Assembly (NCBI GenBank): GCA_964563715.1
Contig: CAZLXA010000005.1
Location: forward strand, 1 to 41,663
Source of the DNA: an uncultured Candidatus Saccharibacteria bacterium
GTDB taxonomy: Bacteria > Patescibacteriota > Minisyncoccia > Phycocordibacterales > UBA9973
Direction of reading: 5' to 3'
DNA length: 41,663 nt
The notes below the pieces were generated by a model. It was not told the DNA's origin. It was given only the letters and a program-made list of their open reading frames with translations, and did no database searches. This document shows, piece by piece, positions 21,479 through 31,789 of this stretch. A program made the position numbers and the translations under genes. Numbering within the stretch: position 1 is the stretch's first letter; each line of letters begins with the position of its first letter.

Positions 21479-21754
21479 TTATATAACATCTCTAGTATAT
21501 ATACTATATTCATTAGAACTTAACTTACTATCTAATAAAGCTATTGTATTCTCATCATATACAATTAATAGATCATCTATTTCTGTAATTAGATTAATAT
21601 ATGATTTATCTGGCAATACATAATAACCAACTATAGCTGAATCTTTAATATGCAAGTCTACAACTTGTCTTTCAAAAGAGTCAGATTGACCTTCTACTCC
21701 TAGACTAGCTAGAACATTCTTTTCTTTTAAATACACATACATTTTTAATACCAT
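21479..21754 (-). CDS. Small protein downstream of the portal gene
   Basis: 91 aa, tightly packed after the portal gene. Confidence 0.65.
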   Translation of the reverse strand: MVLKMYVYLKEKNVLASLGVEGQSDSFERQVVDLHIKDSAIVGYYVLPDKSYINLITEIDDLLIVYDENTIALLDSKLSSNEYSIYTRDVI

Positions 21755-21757
21755 AGT

Positions 21758-24088
21758 TTATTTGTTTTTATTTGTTTTTACTTTAGCTATTTCTTTTTGT
21801 GCTTTAATCTTTTTATCTTCTGCATTAGCTTTAAGTGCAGCTTGAGCAGAAGCAATACGTTCTCTAGATTCATTTGATAAACGTGCTGTTTCTGAATCCA
21901 TTTGAGAATTAGTCATAGATGTATCATTATTCATAGATTGAATTGTAATATCATATTCCTTCTGAATAACTAAGTTATTAGCATCTACATCTCCTTGATT
22001 AAGTATTTCATCTATCTTATAATTATGCTGAGTATCAAGTTGTTCTTTAGCAGCAGCTAATTGCTCTTGTACCATTGAGTTCTTACGTTCTTCCATATCT
22101 CTTTCAAACTGTTCTTTAGCTGCCTTTAATTTAGCAATAACATCTTGTATCTCTTCAATGCTATCATGTTTAACAGCAGCTACTCCTTGATCAAAGTCAC
22201 CATTCTGTGCAGCAGATAATGCCATCTGTCTAATCATATCAAGTTTCTTATCTACAGTTATTCCATTCTCAACATGTACTCCATAAGACCTACGAAATGT
22301 TTCAAATCCATTAAGTTCTACTTGTGTAATGTTTCCTTCTGCATCAAACATAGTATCTGATACACCATCTATATAGATGTACTTTGCATAATCTAAATCT
22401 GTTTCATGTTCTATTTCAAGTATTTTTCTAAATATCTCTAATGCTAAAACACTACCTAGTTTAGAACGATATATATTCTGTTCTACATTTGCTACTCCAC
22501 CCCTTGTATCTACATTACCTAATCTATCAGAGTTAGAACTTACAGACTCTAATGCTCTTTTATTAAAGTATTGTTGAAGGTTGATAAGTGTTGATATATA
22601 TTTATCAGTTGATGAACCTTGTATTAAACGAATACCTTGAACAGCAAGTTGTAAATCTACTTTTGCATCATCATAAATAATACGACCATCTTTCATCATA
22701 TAGAAAGTCTTTTCTTTAGCAGTACCAGCATTATCCTCTGCAAGTATAGATTTAGGTATAATTAGAATATCATCTTTATATTTATTAAGTGCCTTTTCAA
22801 TATGTACCATTAACATACTATCTATAACTTGATATGCTAATAGCCGATAAGCTATAGGATTAGTAAGTTTATTCTTTAACATATACTGTTTACCTGTTAC
22901 TGGAATCTTACCTGGTCTTTGAACTAGATGTTTCTTTGGTCTAGTATATAAACCAACACCGGCTCCCCCAAATCTACAACCTTCCCAAGATTCAGCTATG
23001 ATATGAGTAGTTAATGAAATATCTCCATAACTAGGTTCTAGAACATAATCATTAGATACAATAGTTGTACGTTCTTTACTTGTTAGTTGATCAATATATC
23101 TAAGTTCTTTAACTTTTCTATATGCTTGAAATACAATAGTATATTTCTTAATTATACGATCACTAGAAGTTAAGTTAGGATCAACACTAATTGGAGTATC
23201 TATACTATACCAATCTAGTTTAGTTCTTTCGGTTATAAGATTAATTGGCGCACTTATAGTACCACCTAATTTATCTCCCATATGTAGATTATGAATATAA
23301 TCCAATTGAGAATTATCTAAATCATTAACATGATTATTATAAAAGTCTTCCCATGACATACTTTCAACAAATACAAAAGCTAGTGAATCATCTACAAAAT
23401 CATTATCACCTAAATATGGAAAAGCATACTGTGGAGATAGTACAGTCTTTATAAAATCACCATCTTTAAATGTACGATAAACATAACATTCTTCTGTTGT
23501 TAACCAATTATAATAAAGTTGTAGTCTATAATAATCAAAGTTCTGTTTCTCATTTATATAGTTTAGAAACCTTTGTGCTTTAAGAGATTCTTGCTTAATG
23601 AACTTATCCTTTTCTTGTTGAATAAGATTGTTTAGTTCTTCTGCTGATGGTGGTTCTGCTTCTTTATTCTCTAATATTTTAGCTAAGGTTGTTTCCATAA
23701 TTACTTTTAGCTTCTCTTTTAACATATCATTCTGTAATGAAGCTAAATCAGGGTCATGGAAGTTAACACTTACTTTATATGGTAACTCAATATACTCTCC
23801 CATTCTATTCTCTATAATAGGAGTTATAATATTTGTATTACGAATATTATATGGATATTTAGCATTTAAATCTTCTAAATCAGAACTTTCTATGTTAAAA
23901 GGTTTAAGTAGATAGTCAAGTGTGCCGAAATCTACTTCTCCATTTGCTGCATTTATTCTTATTTGTAATTCAGATGATTGTCTAAGTGATACACATTTCT
24001 CAATCCAATAATCATAAGTAGGAACATACCATTGTTCTTTAAGTTTAGATTTATCGGATACTGTTTGATCTGGAAGATAAGTACTCAT
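21758..24088 (-). CDS. Portal protein (crAss-like)
   Basis: 776 aa; LPDQTVSD..K, IRN.NII.PI....MGEY, long C-terminal coiled coil; directly after terminase. Confidence 0.85.
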   Translation of the reverse strand: MSTYLPDQTVSDKSKLKEQWYVPTYDYWIEKCVSLRQSSELQIRINAANGEVDFGTLDYLLKPFNIESSDLEDLNAKYPYNIRNTNIITPIIENRMGEYIELPYKVSVNFHDPDLASLQNDMLKEKLKVIMETTLAKILENKEAEPPSAEELNNLIQQEKDKFIKQESLKAQRFLNYINEKQNFDYYRLQLYYNWLTTEECYVYRTFKDGDFIKTVLSPQYAFPYLGDNDFVDDSLAFVFVESMSWEDFYNNHVNDLDNSQLDYIHNLHMGDKLGGTISAPINLITERTKLDWYSIDTPISVDPNLTSSDRIIKKYTIVFQAYRKVKELRYIDQLTSKERTTIVSNDYVLEPSYGDISLTTHIIAESWEGCRFGGAGVGLYTRPKKHLVQRPGKIPVTGKQYMLKNKLTNPIAYRLLAYQVIDSMLMVHIEKALNKYKDDILIIPKSILAEDNAGTAKEKTFYMMKDGRIIYDDAKVDLQLAVQGIRLIQGSSTDKYISTLINLQQYFNKRALESVSSNSDRLGNVDTRGGVANVEQNIYRSKLGSVLALEIFRKILEIEHETDLDYAKYIYIDGVSDTMFDAEGNITQVELNGFETFRRSYGVHVENGITVDKKLDMIRQMALSAAQNGDFDQGVAAVKHDSIEEIQDVIAKLKAAKEQFERDMEERKNSMVQEQLAAAKEQLDTQHNYKIDEILNQGDVDANNLVIQKEYDITIQSMNNDTSMTNSQMDSETARLSNESRERIASAQAALKANAEDKKIKAQKEIAKVKTNKNK

Positions 24089-24109
24089 TGTTTGATTGTT
24101 ATTAAAAAG

Positions 24110-26467
24110 TTATTTTAAACCCATTTGACTTGCTACTGTATTAGTACTATTGTTAGCATTTTTATTTCTTGTTTGTTTTAATTTAAAGGCTCTTCTATAA
24201 AACATCCATACTCTAAGAGCAGATAGTCTATCAACGTTAATACCTTTTGAATATTTAGCTGCTTCTAATAAGGTAGGAAGATCTTTAACTCGTTCTATTA
24301 TATGGAAATATGATCCATCTTCTCTAACAGATGTTACATCATAAAACCATTCGTTTAGATATTTAAGTCCTTCTTCTGCTCTTTCTCCTGAACCAATTAC
24401 TATACCATATCCTGTATTAGCTGGTGCTTCTTTACCTTGTAGTATATAAGTTGGGTCTTTAACTATACGATTAACTTCACCCCATGACCTAAAATTAGAA
24501 ACAATAGTTCCTCTATCAGTTTCAGGAACTATCTTTGCATTATATAGATAAGATGTATCAAGAACAAACTTATCACAAGTTTCCATCTTATCTGTTCTAC
24601 CAGCATAGGATAACATTATTGTATCTGGTGGTATTCCATAAGCATTAGGTAAAGTTATAACATAGAAAGCATTAAGTGAATGTCTAATCTTTATTTCCTT
24701 GCTATCTATATCTTTTCCTATTGTATCATAACATATAGTATATACATCATCTGGAACATTTCCATTTTGATCTCTATAAGGTGGTGACCACATTCTCATA
24801 CAACCATGAGGATCATCATCTGGAAGAATAGGAAAGTTCTCAATGTATTTATGTAGTAGTTTCTTATAAGTAGGGTCTTGTTCAGCTAGTTCTTCTAATT
24901 GACTAAGTGTTTTAAACTTATACTTTTCATCTGAATCTTTAATAATAAATCCATCTTTATAAACTAGTTCTTTACGTTCAGCTCTAATTCTTTCTATATG
25001 GTTTGTTAATATCCCACTACTAAATAGATTATCAGTAGATGAAGAAAATGCTTCAGATGGTCTATTGGAGAATTGAGAACAATGTTTTAAATATCGTTTA
25101 GTTGATGCCCCGCCAGTAGCAGCAGCTTTAAGTGCTCTTTCATTATTAGATATTCCAATTGCATATCTATAAATACTATTACCATCTTTATCTAAAGAAA
25201 AGGAATCTTGATATTTACCTTGTAGTCCATACCAATAAGGAATAAACCAACCAACCTTACGATGTCTAGAATTAAAATCCCATATATTTTCAAATGGCAT
25301 AAAGTTATAAACATCAACAGAATTAAAGTTACGTTCAAATTGTGCCCATGAACCTTCTTTAGAACCACCTGTTCCACCAGCAAATATAAAACCAGTTAAA
25401 TATGCACCAGTTGTAGTTGTAGGAACAGTAACATCCATTACATCTTCAAAGTTAGGGAAAGCACTTAATTCATCAAATTTGATTTTATGTGCATCTTTAC
25501 CAATAGCTGCATCCGGATTATTCATAAAAGATAATGCTAGAATAGTACTTTGTTTACCAGCATCTGTCCCATCTTTACGTTTATATCCAACTTTAAGTTC
25601 TTCTATATCCTTTTTAAGTAATCCCCTACCTTTAGAATTACGATGAAATGGAGTATGAAATTCATAGAACTCAAGTTGTAGTTTAGCCATTGGAGATATA
25701 GACCTACCTTGAGTTACATATTTCTTATCATAAGCCCCATGTATAATAGTTGTTCCAGAGTGAAGGTTTACATCATTTGCTGAATCAATAGCTTCTACAT
25801 AACTCATACCTTTACGTCTAGACTTTAGAACAATCATGTGATAACCATTAGCTTTAGCAAACTCTTTAGCTTTTGATAACCAATATTGTGAATCTATAAA
25901 AAGAGGAGTAGAATCTTTCTTCTCTGCTCCTATCGAACCATCTGAAACACTATGTTCATCAAGTAATCGAATCTTTCCATAGTTTATAAAGTTATATTGT
26001 TCACCTGTTATTCTTAAAGGTTTAAGTAAACTATAAGCAGAATCAGAATCTCCTTTCTTTAACAGGAAGTTATATTCTTCTATATCTCTATGATGAAGTT
26101 TACAATTAGCAGTATATCCTGTTTTACGTCTGAATTGTTCTCTCTTTCTAAATTGCCTATGTTCAACTGTATCTTCTTTAAGAAAAGTATAAGTTTTATT
26201 CTTTTGATAAAATAGTGCAGCTTCTCTAAGTCTATCAGTTCTCTTAAATATAAAATTAATATTTGGTAGAAATCCACCACTCTCACCAATTAACCAATCT
26301 CCATCTGGATCATAATAATACTTACCAGTTTTAGGATTAATTACTTGTGATGCTTTAGTGTATTGTGATTTAGGTTCTAGTATATATCTATACAGTGGTT
26401 CTGTATTATCTAGATTATTAAAATCAAAATCCAAATATTCATCTATATTATAAGTAGTTCTAATCAT
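24110..26467 (-). CDS. terL: Terminase large subunit
   Basis: 785 aa; LKSRRKGMSY (Walker A-like), KIKFDE (Walker B), GGTGG, nuclease-domain ICYD and VDRLSA. Confidence 0.9.
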   Translation of the reverse strand: MIRTTYNIDEYLDFDFNNLDNTEPLYRYILEPKSQYTKASQVINPKTGKYYYDPDGDWLIGESGGFLPNINFIFKRTDRLREAALFYQKNKTYTFLKEDTVEHRQFRKREQFRRKTGYTANCKLHHRDIEEYNFLLKKGDSDSAYSLLKPLRITGEQYNFINYGKIRLLDEHSVSDGSIGAEKKDSTPLFIDSQYWLSKAKEFAKANGYHMIVLKSRRKGMSYVEAIDSANDVNLHSGTTIIHGAYDKKYVTQGRSISPMAKLQLEFYEFHTPFHRNSKGRGLLKKDIEELKVGYKRKDGTDAGKQSTILALSFMNNPDAAIGKDAHKIKFDELSAFPNFEDVMDVTVPTTTTGAYLTGFIFAGGTGGSKEGSWAQFERNFNSVDVYNFMPFENIWDFNSRHRKVGWFIPYWYGLQGKYQDSFSLDKDGNSIYRYAIGISNNERALKAAATGGASTKRYLKHCSQFSNRPSEAFSSSTDNLFSSGILTNHIERIRAERKELVYKDGFIIKDSDEKYKFKTLSQLEELAEQDPTYKKLLHKYIENFPILPDDDPHGCMRMWSPPYRDQNGNVPDDVYTICYDTIGKDIDSKEIKIRHSLNAFYVITLPNAYGIPPDTIMLSYAGRTDKMETCDKFVLDTSYLYNAKIVPETDRGTIVSNFRSWGEVNRIVKDPTYILQGKEAPANTGYGIVIGSGERAEEGLKYLNEWFYDVTSVREDGSYFHIIERVKDLPTLLEAAKYSKGINVDRLSALRVWMFYRRAFKLKQTRNKNANNSTNTVASQMGLK

Positions 26468-27065
26468 CGTCTAACATACTTGATGTTACTTCATCTCCAC
26501 CTAAAGACTTCTCCTGTTTCTCTTCTTCAACTTTAATCCTATCATTAAGTGATTCCAATATTGAAGTCTGTTCTTCTGCTTTTGACGAAAGAGTAAATAA
26601 AATATCTTGATTCTTAACAAGTGTATTTATTAAATTAACTTTACGTTCTAGATTATCTTTATCATTTGGTAGTTCTTTTATTTCTTTAAGCATTATCATA
26701 TTTAAAGAATTAAGTTCAGTTACAATATCTAAAGAAGTTTTCATAGACTTTAGTAACTCTTTAAGATATTTAATTGGAGCAGTATCTCTAATTTTAAAAT
26801 ATACAATTATAGCTTTTTTAACTGCTTCATCTGGTACATAAGTAGGTTCTAATCCAGCAGCATCTATAGCGTATTTATGAGTATCTGATTCATTAAAACC
26901 TTCTCTAGCAGGTTGAGCATTATAATCACATACATTATAAATGTACATCATTTCTTTATAAAACTTACTCTTACTAGCATTACGATCTCTAACTCTTAGT
27001 TCTATAAATGCTTTATCTTGAACAAAGAGTTCTACTTTATTATTATCAAAGTTTACTATTTGCAT
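26460..27065 (-). CDS. Conserved protein upstream of terL (possible small terminase)
   Basis: 201 aa, helical, overlaps the terL start. Confidence 0.45.
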   Translation of the reverse strand: MQIVNFDNNKVELFVQDKAFIELRVRDRNASKSKFYKEMMYIYNVCDYNAQPAREGFNESDTHKYAIDAAGLEPTYVPDEAVKKAIIVYFKIRDTAPIKYLKELLKSMKTSLDIVTELNSLNMIMLKEIKELPNDKDNLERKVNLINTLVKNQDILFTLSSKAEEQTSILESLNDRIKVEEEKQEKSLGGDEVTSSMLDDD

Positions 27066-27258
27066 ATACTGTATTTTGTATTTGTTCTAATCTTTCTTTT
27101 TGAGCAGTAGTATCAGCTTTTAATTCAACGATAAATGTATATTCATGTTTATGTTTATGATATACTGTTTTAATAATCTTAACCTTATAAAACTCCTTCT
27201 TCCAAAAGTTAAGTTGAGCAATTGCTTGTTTTAATGTATTAGTTACAGAATGTATCAT
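27046..27258 (-). CDS. Hypothetical protein
   Basis: 70 aa, overlapping operon packing. Confidence 0.6.
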   Translation of the reverse strand: MIHSVTNTLKQAIAQLNFWKKEFYKVKIIKTVYHKHKHEYTFIVELKADTTAQKERLEQIQNTVYANSKL

Positions 27259-27566
27259 TAATTAACATATTTATAAAAATGATGATTTATACAATTGTCA
27301 TAAATGAAACTAATCATATTTTTATCTGTAGTTCTTTCTGCTTCTACTATCCATTTGGGTCTAGATATAAATATTGCCTTATCAAACTTCTTTGATAGAA
27401 TAGTATCAGTATTAATACATTCCCAATATATAGTTCTACCTAAAGCATTATCTATAATAAAAGGAGAAGCTATAGAAACAGCTTTAGATGAAATCAATCC
27501 ATTATCTATTAGATATTGTTTAAACTCATTTATTGTTTGAGTAATTACAAGAATGTTTATTTCCAT
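27258..27566 (-). CDS. Hypothetical protein
   Basis: 102 aa, coupled to neighbours. Confidence 0.65.
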   Translation of the reverse strand: MEINILVITQTINEFKQYLIDNGLISSKAVSIASPFIIDNALGRTIYWECINTDTILSKKFDKAIFISRPKWIVEAERTTDKNMISFIYDNCINHHFYKYVN

Positions 27567-27567
27567 A

Positions 27568-27927
27568 TTAATAAATTGTATCGTGTATAATTAAATCACT
27601 TATTAATTCATCTTCATATATTAGTTCTAATCCATAGTCTTTAGCTGCTGCATGTTCAATTCTACAACGTCTAGAAGTATTCCAACCTTTTGCAAAATAT
27701 ACAATATCACAATTACTCATTGCTCGTAAAGAATCGGCTAAATAATAAAGAGGTATATTAACACCTTCTTTATGCATTAAAGGTTTATTATATTTAACCT
27801 CTAGAAATGAACTATTGACAAATTCAAAACTATGATCATTAGCAAACTTAATAACTTTATCTTTTGTGTTTGTTATGTCTTGTTCTGTCAGTCCTCTTAT
27901 TGGTTGACTTAATGTTATCTTTCTCAT
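27568..27927 (-). CDS. DUF4406-like / nucleoside 2-deoxyribosyltransferase-fold protein
   Basis: ITLSQPIRG...SL.AM..CD.VYF.KGW..S..CRIEH.AA..YGL pattern. Confidence 0.7.
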   Translation of the reverse strand: MRKITLSQPIRGLTEQDITNTKDKVIKFANDHSFEFVNSSFLEVKYNKPLMHKEGVNIPLYYLADSLRAMSNCDIVYFAKGWNTSRRCRIEHAAAKDYGLELIYEDELISDLIIHDTIY

Positions 27928-27930
27928 AAT

Positions 27931-28173
27931 TTAACATGTTACTTTATATGGTACATTTGAACAAGGACAAATAGCAGTGAATGGACTTAAAGATGCTCCA
28001 CATTTAGAACATATCCAACCATGCATTGGAGTAGGATTTGGTTTGATATTGCAAGTACAATATGGCTCTAGTCCTATTGTAAATCCCATAGGTGGAATAT
28101 CTCCTACATAAATAAAAGGTTTACCACATTTACTACAAGAATTATTAAAATCATAATTACCTACACTTGGCAT
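27931..28173 (-). CDS. Small Cys-rich zinc-finger protein
   Basis: CSKC, CTC, GWICSKCG.SLSP....CPC. Confidence 0.65.
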   Translation of the reverse strand: MPSVGNYDFNNSCSKCGKPFIYVGDIPPMGFTIGLEPYCTCNIKPNPTPMHGWICSKCGASLSPFTAICPCSNVPYKVTC

Positions 28174-28179
28174 ATTGTA

Positions 28180-29142
28180 TTAATTTATTAATTTTAAATT
28201 ACTAAACAACTTACTTTGAATGTTTTTAAAAGGATTATTAATAAAGTGATGTTCCATTATATTTTTAACTTCACTTGTAAGATCAGGTAGTTTATGACTA
28301 TGAACAATCTTTAAACCTTCATTATCATAATCATGTGTTATATGAAATAGTATATTGCCTCTATGTTCAATATTAAATAATGAAGCAAGATGTGAATACA
28401 TATTAAGTTGTAGACCATAACTATTACCTGTTGATTGAGGCAAATGGTTAATTGGATAATTAAAGAACTCTGTACGTTGTATAAATTCAGATGTTAGATT
28501 ACCATTAATGTCTTTTCTAAAGTATCCAGCTTCATAAGTAATTGGTGCTCTATTTGTTTTCCAATCTAATACTAGAAATATTCTCTTATCTGGATTGTAA
28601 GCAAATACATCAATTAGTCCAGATATTAAATAAGTAAAATGAAATACTCCAACCTCAGCATATATGTTAAAACCTTTACTTACTAAGTGGGCTATTGTTT
28701 CAAATATTGTTGGAAACTTAATATCTATTCCTTTCTCTCTAAAGTAATCCAGATTTAATGCTCCATAAGAAGGATCATTTATTATTTCAGGAACAGTACA
28801 GATTCTACCATTGATATAAGTACTAGATACTTTACGATAATTGTTTGCATACTTAATAGCTGTTTCTAATTCATTATGTTGTTCTGTACCGGCTTCACAA
28901 GCATCGTTCTTAATTATCTCCCACTCCTTCATTATCTGAAACTTGTTCTTACCTTTATACTTTAGGTAATCTTTATGTCGTGGGTTTTTACCAATAGATT
29001 CACATGCTTCTGCTACATTAAATGTTTTAAACTTATTCTTATACTTATCTATTAATGTAGTAACACTAGTATAAGGATTACCATAAATATCTGTGTACTT
29101 ATGTGCTTGTTCATTAAAATATAGTTCAATTGATTCTTTCAT
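28180..29142 (-). CDS. PD-(D/E)xK family nuclease
   Basis: HKYTD..G..YTSVTT, GT..H..LE, AE, GLID, DWKTN, Y.LQLN.Y motifs. Confidence 0.85.
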   Translation of the reverse strand: MKESIELYFNEQAHKYTDIYGNPYTSVTTLIDKYKNKFKTFNVAEACESIGKNPRHKDYLKYKGKNKFQIMKEWEIIKNDACEAGTEQHNELETAIKYANNYRKVSSTYINGRICTVPEIINDPSYGALNLDYFREKGIDIKFPTIFETIAHLVSKGFNIYAEVGVFHFTYLISGLIDVFAYNPDKRIFLVLDWKTNRAPITYEAGYFRKDINGNLTSEFIQRTEFFNYPINHLPQSTGNSYGLQLNMYSHLASLFNIEHRGNILFHITHDYDNEGLKIVHSHKLPDLTSEVKNIMEHHFINNPFKNIQSKLFSNLKLIN

Positions 29143-29184
29143 AAAAAGAAAAGGAAGGCTAAGAGTTCATCTCAACCTTCCTTT
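29143..29184 (-). terminator. Intrinsic terminator-like hairpin abutting the nuclease start codon
   Basis: Minus strand AAAGGAAGGTTGAGA-TGAAC-TCTTAGCCTTCCTTT then TCTTTTT-ATG. Confidence 0.65.
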
Positions 29185-29210
29185 ATTAATATTAATAACA
29201 AAACCGTAAC

Positions 29211-29378
29211 TTACAATAGGAATAGAATGTTCTTAATCCAATGATATGATATACCTTTGACTGTACCATTTGGTTTACTTTCAGTATCTATAGTTTTAAC
29301 TACATTAGAAATCTCATTAGCATTTATTTTAGTCAATGCCGATTCTTTAACTACTACTTCAAATTTCTGTGTTTTCAT
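29211..29378 (-). CDS. Small hypothetical protein (55 aa)
   Basis: Not in the ORF track: MKTQKFEVVVKESALTKINANEISNVVKTIDTESKPNGTVKGISYHWIKNILFLL; has an upstream promoter element and a downstream hairpin. Confidence 0.5.
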   Translation of the reverse strand: MKTQKFEVVVKESALTKINANEISNVVKTIDTESKPNGTVKGISYHWIKNILFLL

Positions 29379-29398
29379 ATCTTTGATTATTTATGCAA

Positions 29399-29406
29399 CA
29401 AAGATA
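29399..29406 (-). promoter_or_regulatory. Bacteroidota-type housekeeping promoter -7 element (TATCTTTG)
   Basis: Exact TAnnTTTG match about 20 nt upstream of ATG 29378. Confidence 0.55.
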
Positions 29407-29425
29407 CACACATTATTTAATATTC

Positions 29426-29782
29426 CTACTTTTTATCTAATCTTTTAACATTTTTTAGAATCCCACTAAATCTAGTACTTACTTGTTCATACGATAAATC
29501 TTCTCTAAGTTTTACAACCTTGGCAATCTGCTCTGTGAACAACTCATGCCTAAGTGTCTTTTCTTCATGTACTATATTAGGATGGGTCTTTTCAAGTTCT
29601 TCAACTAGACTAAGATGAAAAGGTCTTATGCCGAATTTACCTAAGTGTGGAATAGTAAAATCTCTCCTTGCGTTTATAGCTTCTTTAAACTCTCGAAGCA
29701 TTAAGTCCAGAAAGTAATCCTTATCTTGTGGGTCAAGTTTACTAGGAATCGAATGGACTATCTCCTTTAGAGTAATCTGCAT
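29426..29782 (-). CDS. HU/IHF-like DNA-binding protein
   Basis: Helical N-terminus followed by FTIPHLGKFGIR, resembling the HU I.GFG.F signature; IHF-like genes are usual near crAss-like terminases. Confidence 0.55.
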   Translation of the reverse strand: MQITLKEIVHSIPSKLDPQDKDYFLDLMLREFKEAINARRDFTIPHLGKFGIRPFHLSLVEELEKTHPNIVHEEKTLRHELFTEQIAKVVKLREDLSYEQVSTRFSGILKNVKRLDKK

Positions 29783-29786
29783 TTGA

Positions 29787-30296
29787 CTATTCTATAGACT
29801 TGGGAGTTAATTCAAATCTAGTAACTGCATCTTCTCTAGTATATTGTTTATTACCAGATACAGATTTAATAAATTTAGCATCCTCTGTTTCTTGTGGAAT
29901 ATATGCAACTATTTCAAATGATGGAATTGTAAAGTAATCAACTAGTTTAACTTTATATCCTGATTTACTAAGACCTTGTATTTCTTCCTTAGTTAATAAA
30001 TCAAACATTCTCCTTGTAGCAGCTAAACTCATTTTATTAGATGGAATATCAACTAATAAAGGTGCTAGATTTTGAACGTTTTGAGATATAACAGCACAAT
30101 CTCCTATTTCAAATCCATTTGTTAATTCCCCATAGGCTGCAATAACCATAGATTTAAATTGTGTAGGAGGTATCTTTTCAGATAATATTGCTGTTGGAGA
30201 TATAAGATAAGTAAACTCACAAAGTGTTTGATCTTTGGTTACTTTAAAATCTAATTTAGATTTAGCTTCTCTTGTTAATTCAATAGTCTTACTCAT
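29787..30296 (-). CDS. Hypothetical protein, first gene of the leftward operon
   Basis: 169-aa ORF with an AT-rich leader. Confidence 0.75.
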   Translation of the reverse strand: MSKTIELTREAKSKLDFKVTKDQTLCEFTYLISPTAILSEKIPPTQFKSMVIAAYGELTNGFEIGDCAVISQNVQNLAPLLVDIPSNKMSLAATRRMFDLLTKEEIQGLSKSGYKVKLVDYFTIPSFEIVAYIPQETEDAKFIKSVSGNKQYTREDAVTRFELTPKSIE

Positions 30297-30340
30297 ACAT
30301 TAATGGATATTTAATTAAATACTCTTGTTTATAATGATAG

Positions 30341-30348
30341 CAAATGTA
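30341..30348 (-). promoter_or_regulatory. Bacteroidota-type -7 element (TACATTTG) for the leftward operon
   Basis: Exact TAnnTTTG match about 45 nt upstream of ATG 30296. Confidence 0.55.
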
Positions 30349-30598
30349 CATTAATACTTTACATCATTACTATATGTTAAAGGATATTAACATTAAAGGA
30401 TTTAACAGTTGTTAACAATTAGGTGGAATATGAGATAGGGGTAGAGATTCAGTATATGGTATAGATAACACTTTAACATTCCTTAACTTTAAGCATTAGT
30501 TAGACCAGTAATAGAGTTAACAACTAGTGATAATGGTACAGACATAACATCTATAATATCTATACAAACATTAGAATCTAGTAAAGCTGCAATAGTGT

Positions 30599-30629
30599 AT
30601 AATATTCATTTTAAAGTTTTCTGTAGGCT
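30599..30629 (+). promoter_or_regulatory. Bipartite motif, degenerate copy 2 (ATAATATTCATT-N6-TTTTCTGTAGGCT)
   Basis: First box 12/12, second box 9/13 relative to the other two copies, same spacing. Confidence 0.45.
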
Positions 30630-30887
30630 ATATTCACAGAAAGGTACTAGTGTGTACTATCAGGTACTAGCATGTAGTAATAATAAAAATCAATATTTAA
30701 CAATAATACGTGTATGATATTCGGTACTAATGCTTGGTTAATATGTAGTAACAATAAAGGGTTAATATTCAATGATAGTAAAGGGTTAGCATCTAATGAT
30801 AATATAAAATATTTAACATTTATTAACATTAAAATTAACCTATATGTCGAAAATTTAAACTAACTTTACAGCGTTATTCATTATTAA

Positions 30888-31166
30888 ATGTTGCAAGCAA
30901 TAGAGATACAGGATATGGTTTTAAATATAGTATAGGATGTAGATAATGCAAAACATAACACGTTATTATATTTAAGGGTTGATTTAAAATCTATCAATTT
31001 TAAATCAAGAATTATTGCTTTTAATGAATGTTAAGCATTAGCTTTTAATGATTATTACACAATAACAACAGTAGATGTTGTTAATATATATAGAGATAAT
31101 GTTTGTGTTTTTAATAAGGATGATGGTTCGGTTCGCTCGATAGATGTAACAACTCATAAAATTTAA
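30888..31166 (+). pseudogene. 92-codon reading frame interrupted by in-frame TAG (30933) and TAA (31032)
   Basis: MLQAIEIQDMVLNIV*DVDNAK...FNEC*ALAFNDYY...THKI; TAACTTTA element at 30861 upstream and terminator immediately downstream. Confidence 0.35.
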
Positions 31167-31173
31167 GGTTTGT

Positions 31174-31210
31174 ACCCAATGATGTCACGAAAGATGTTAT
31201 TGGGTTTTTT
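31174..31210 (+). terminator. Intrinsic terminator
   Basis: ACCCAATGATGTC-ACGAAA-GATGTTATTGGGT followed by a T tract. Confidence 0.7.
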
Positions 31211-31608
31211 AATGTACATTCAGTACGTGATATTACAGCTTTTACATCCAGTGGTTTTATATATAATGGTATAGATATTACAGTTTAATATGCAACAGGA
31301 AAGGTTAATATACAACTGGATGAGATCAGGATACATCTTTGTATATAGCCCAAGCAAAACTTTAAAATGAATAATACATGATAGCATCAGATGGTACAAC
31401 ATTAACTGGAGATAGATGACAAGTGTTGACAATTGATGATAGATGACAGATAAGGTTGGTGTTAGATATATGATAAAGATGTATAATATTAGTAGATATT
31501 ACAAGTGATATTATAACCGATGTAGTATAAGTATTACGATTAATAGATAACAAACAGCTTGGCTGAGTAATAGGTTTGATGTTGCTTATGCTACCCACCA
31601 TATAGAAT

Positions 31609-31656
31609 GTACCCCCGTTGATTTTAAAGTTTGAAGTACCCCCGTCAATGTTTAAA
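31609..31656 (+). repeat. Direct repeat GTACCCCCGT x2 (27-nt period)
   Basis: Copies at 31609 and 31636, each followed by ..T.TTTAAAG-like sequence. Confidence 0.75.
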
Positions 31657-31789
31657 GAGCAATAGATTTGAATGATGAAAGGGGACCCAAGTTTGATAGA
31701 GTTGCATCTGATCCTATACATATACGACTTATTGGTCTTGCTCATTCTTTTGGACTTAAGTTGCGAGTTGTAACAAGTTATACTTAAGA

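Noticed and set aside
18532-26467. Inteins or introns in terminase, portal or capsid genes
   Set aside because: ORFs are continuous and of expected size, with no intein splice motifs or endonuclease inserts seen
2164-29448. Plus-strand ORFs within the structural operon (2164, 4949, 5100, 6465, 7712, 13528, 17407, 19673, 21318, 23628, 27304, 29257) and short out-of-frame minus ORFs (4583, 11618, 19503, 25192, 26080)
   Set aside because: Shadow or alternate-frame ORFs overlapping well-supported genes, with no recognisable motifs
30647-31745. Minus-strand ORFs 30647-30829, 31220-31432 and 31362-31745
   Set aside because: Low-complexity I/L/S/N-rich translations explained by strand skew and 24-nt repeats; no clear initiation signals
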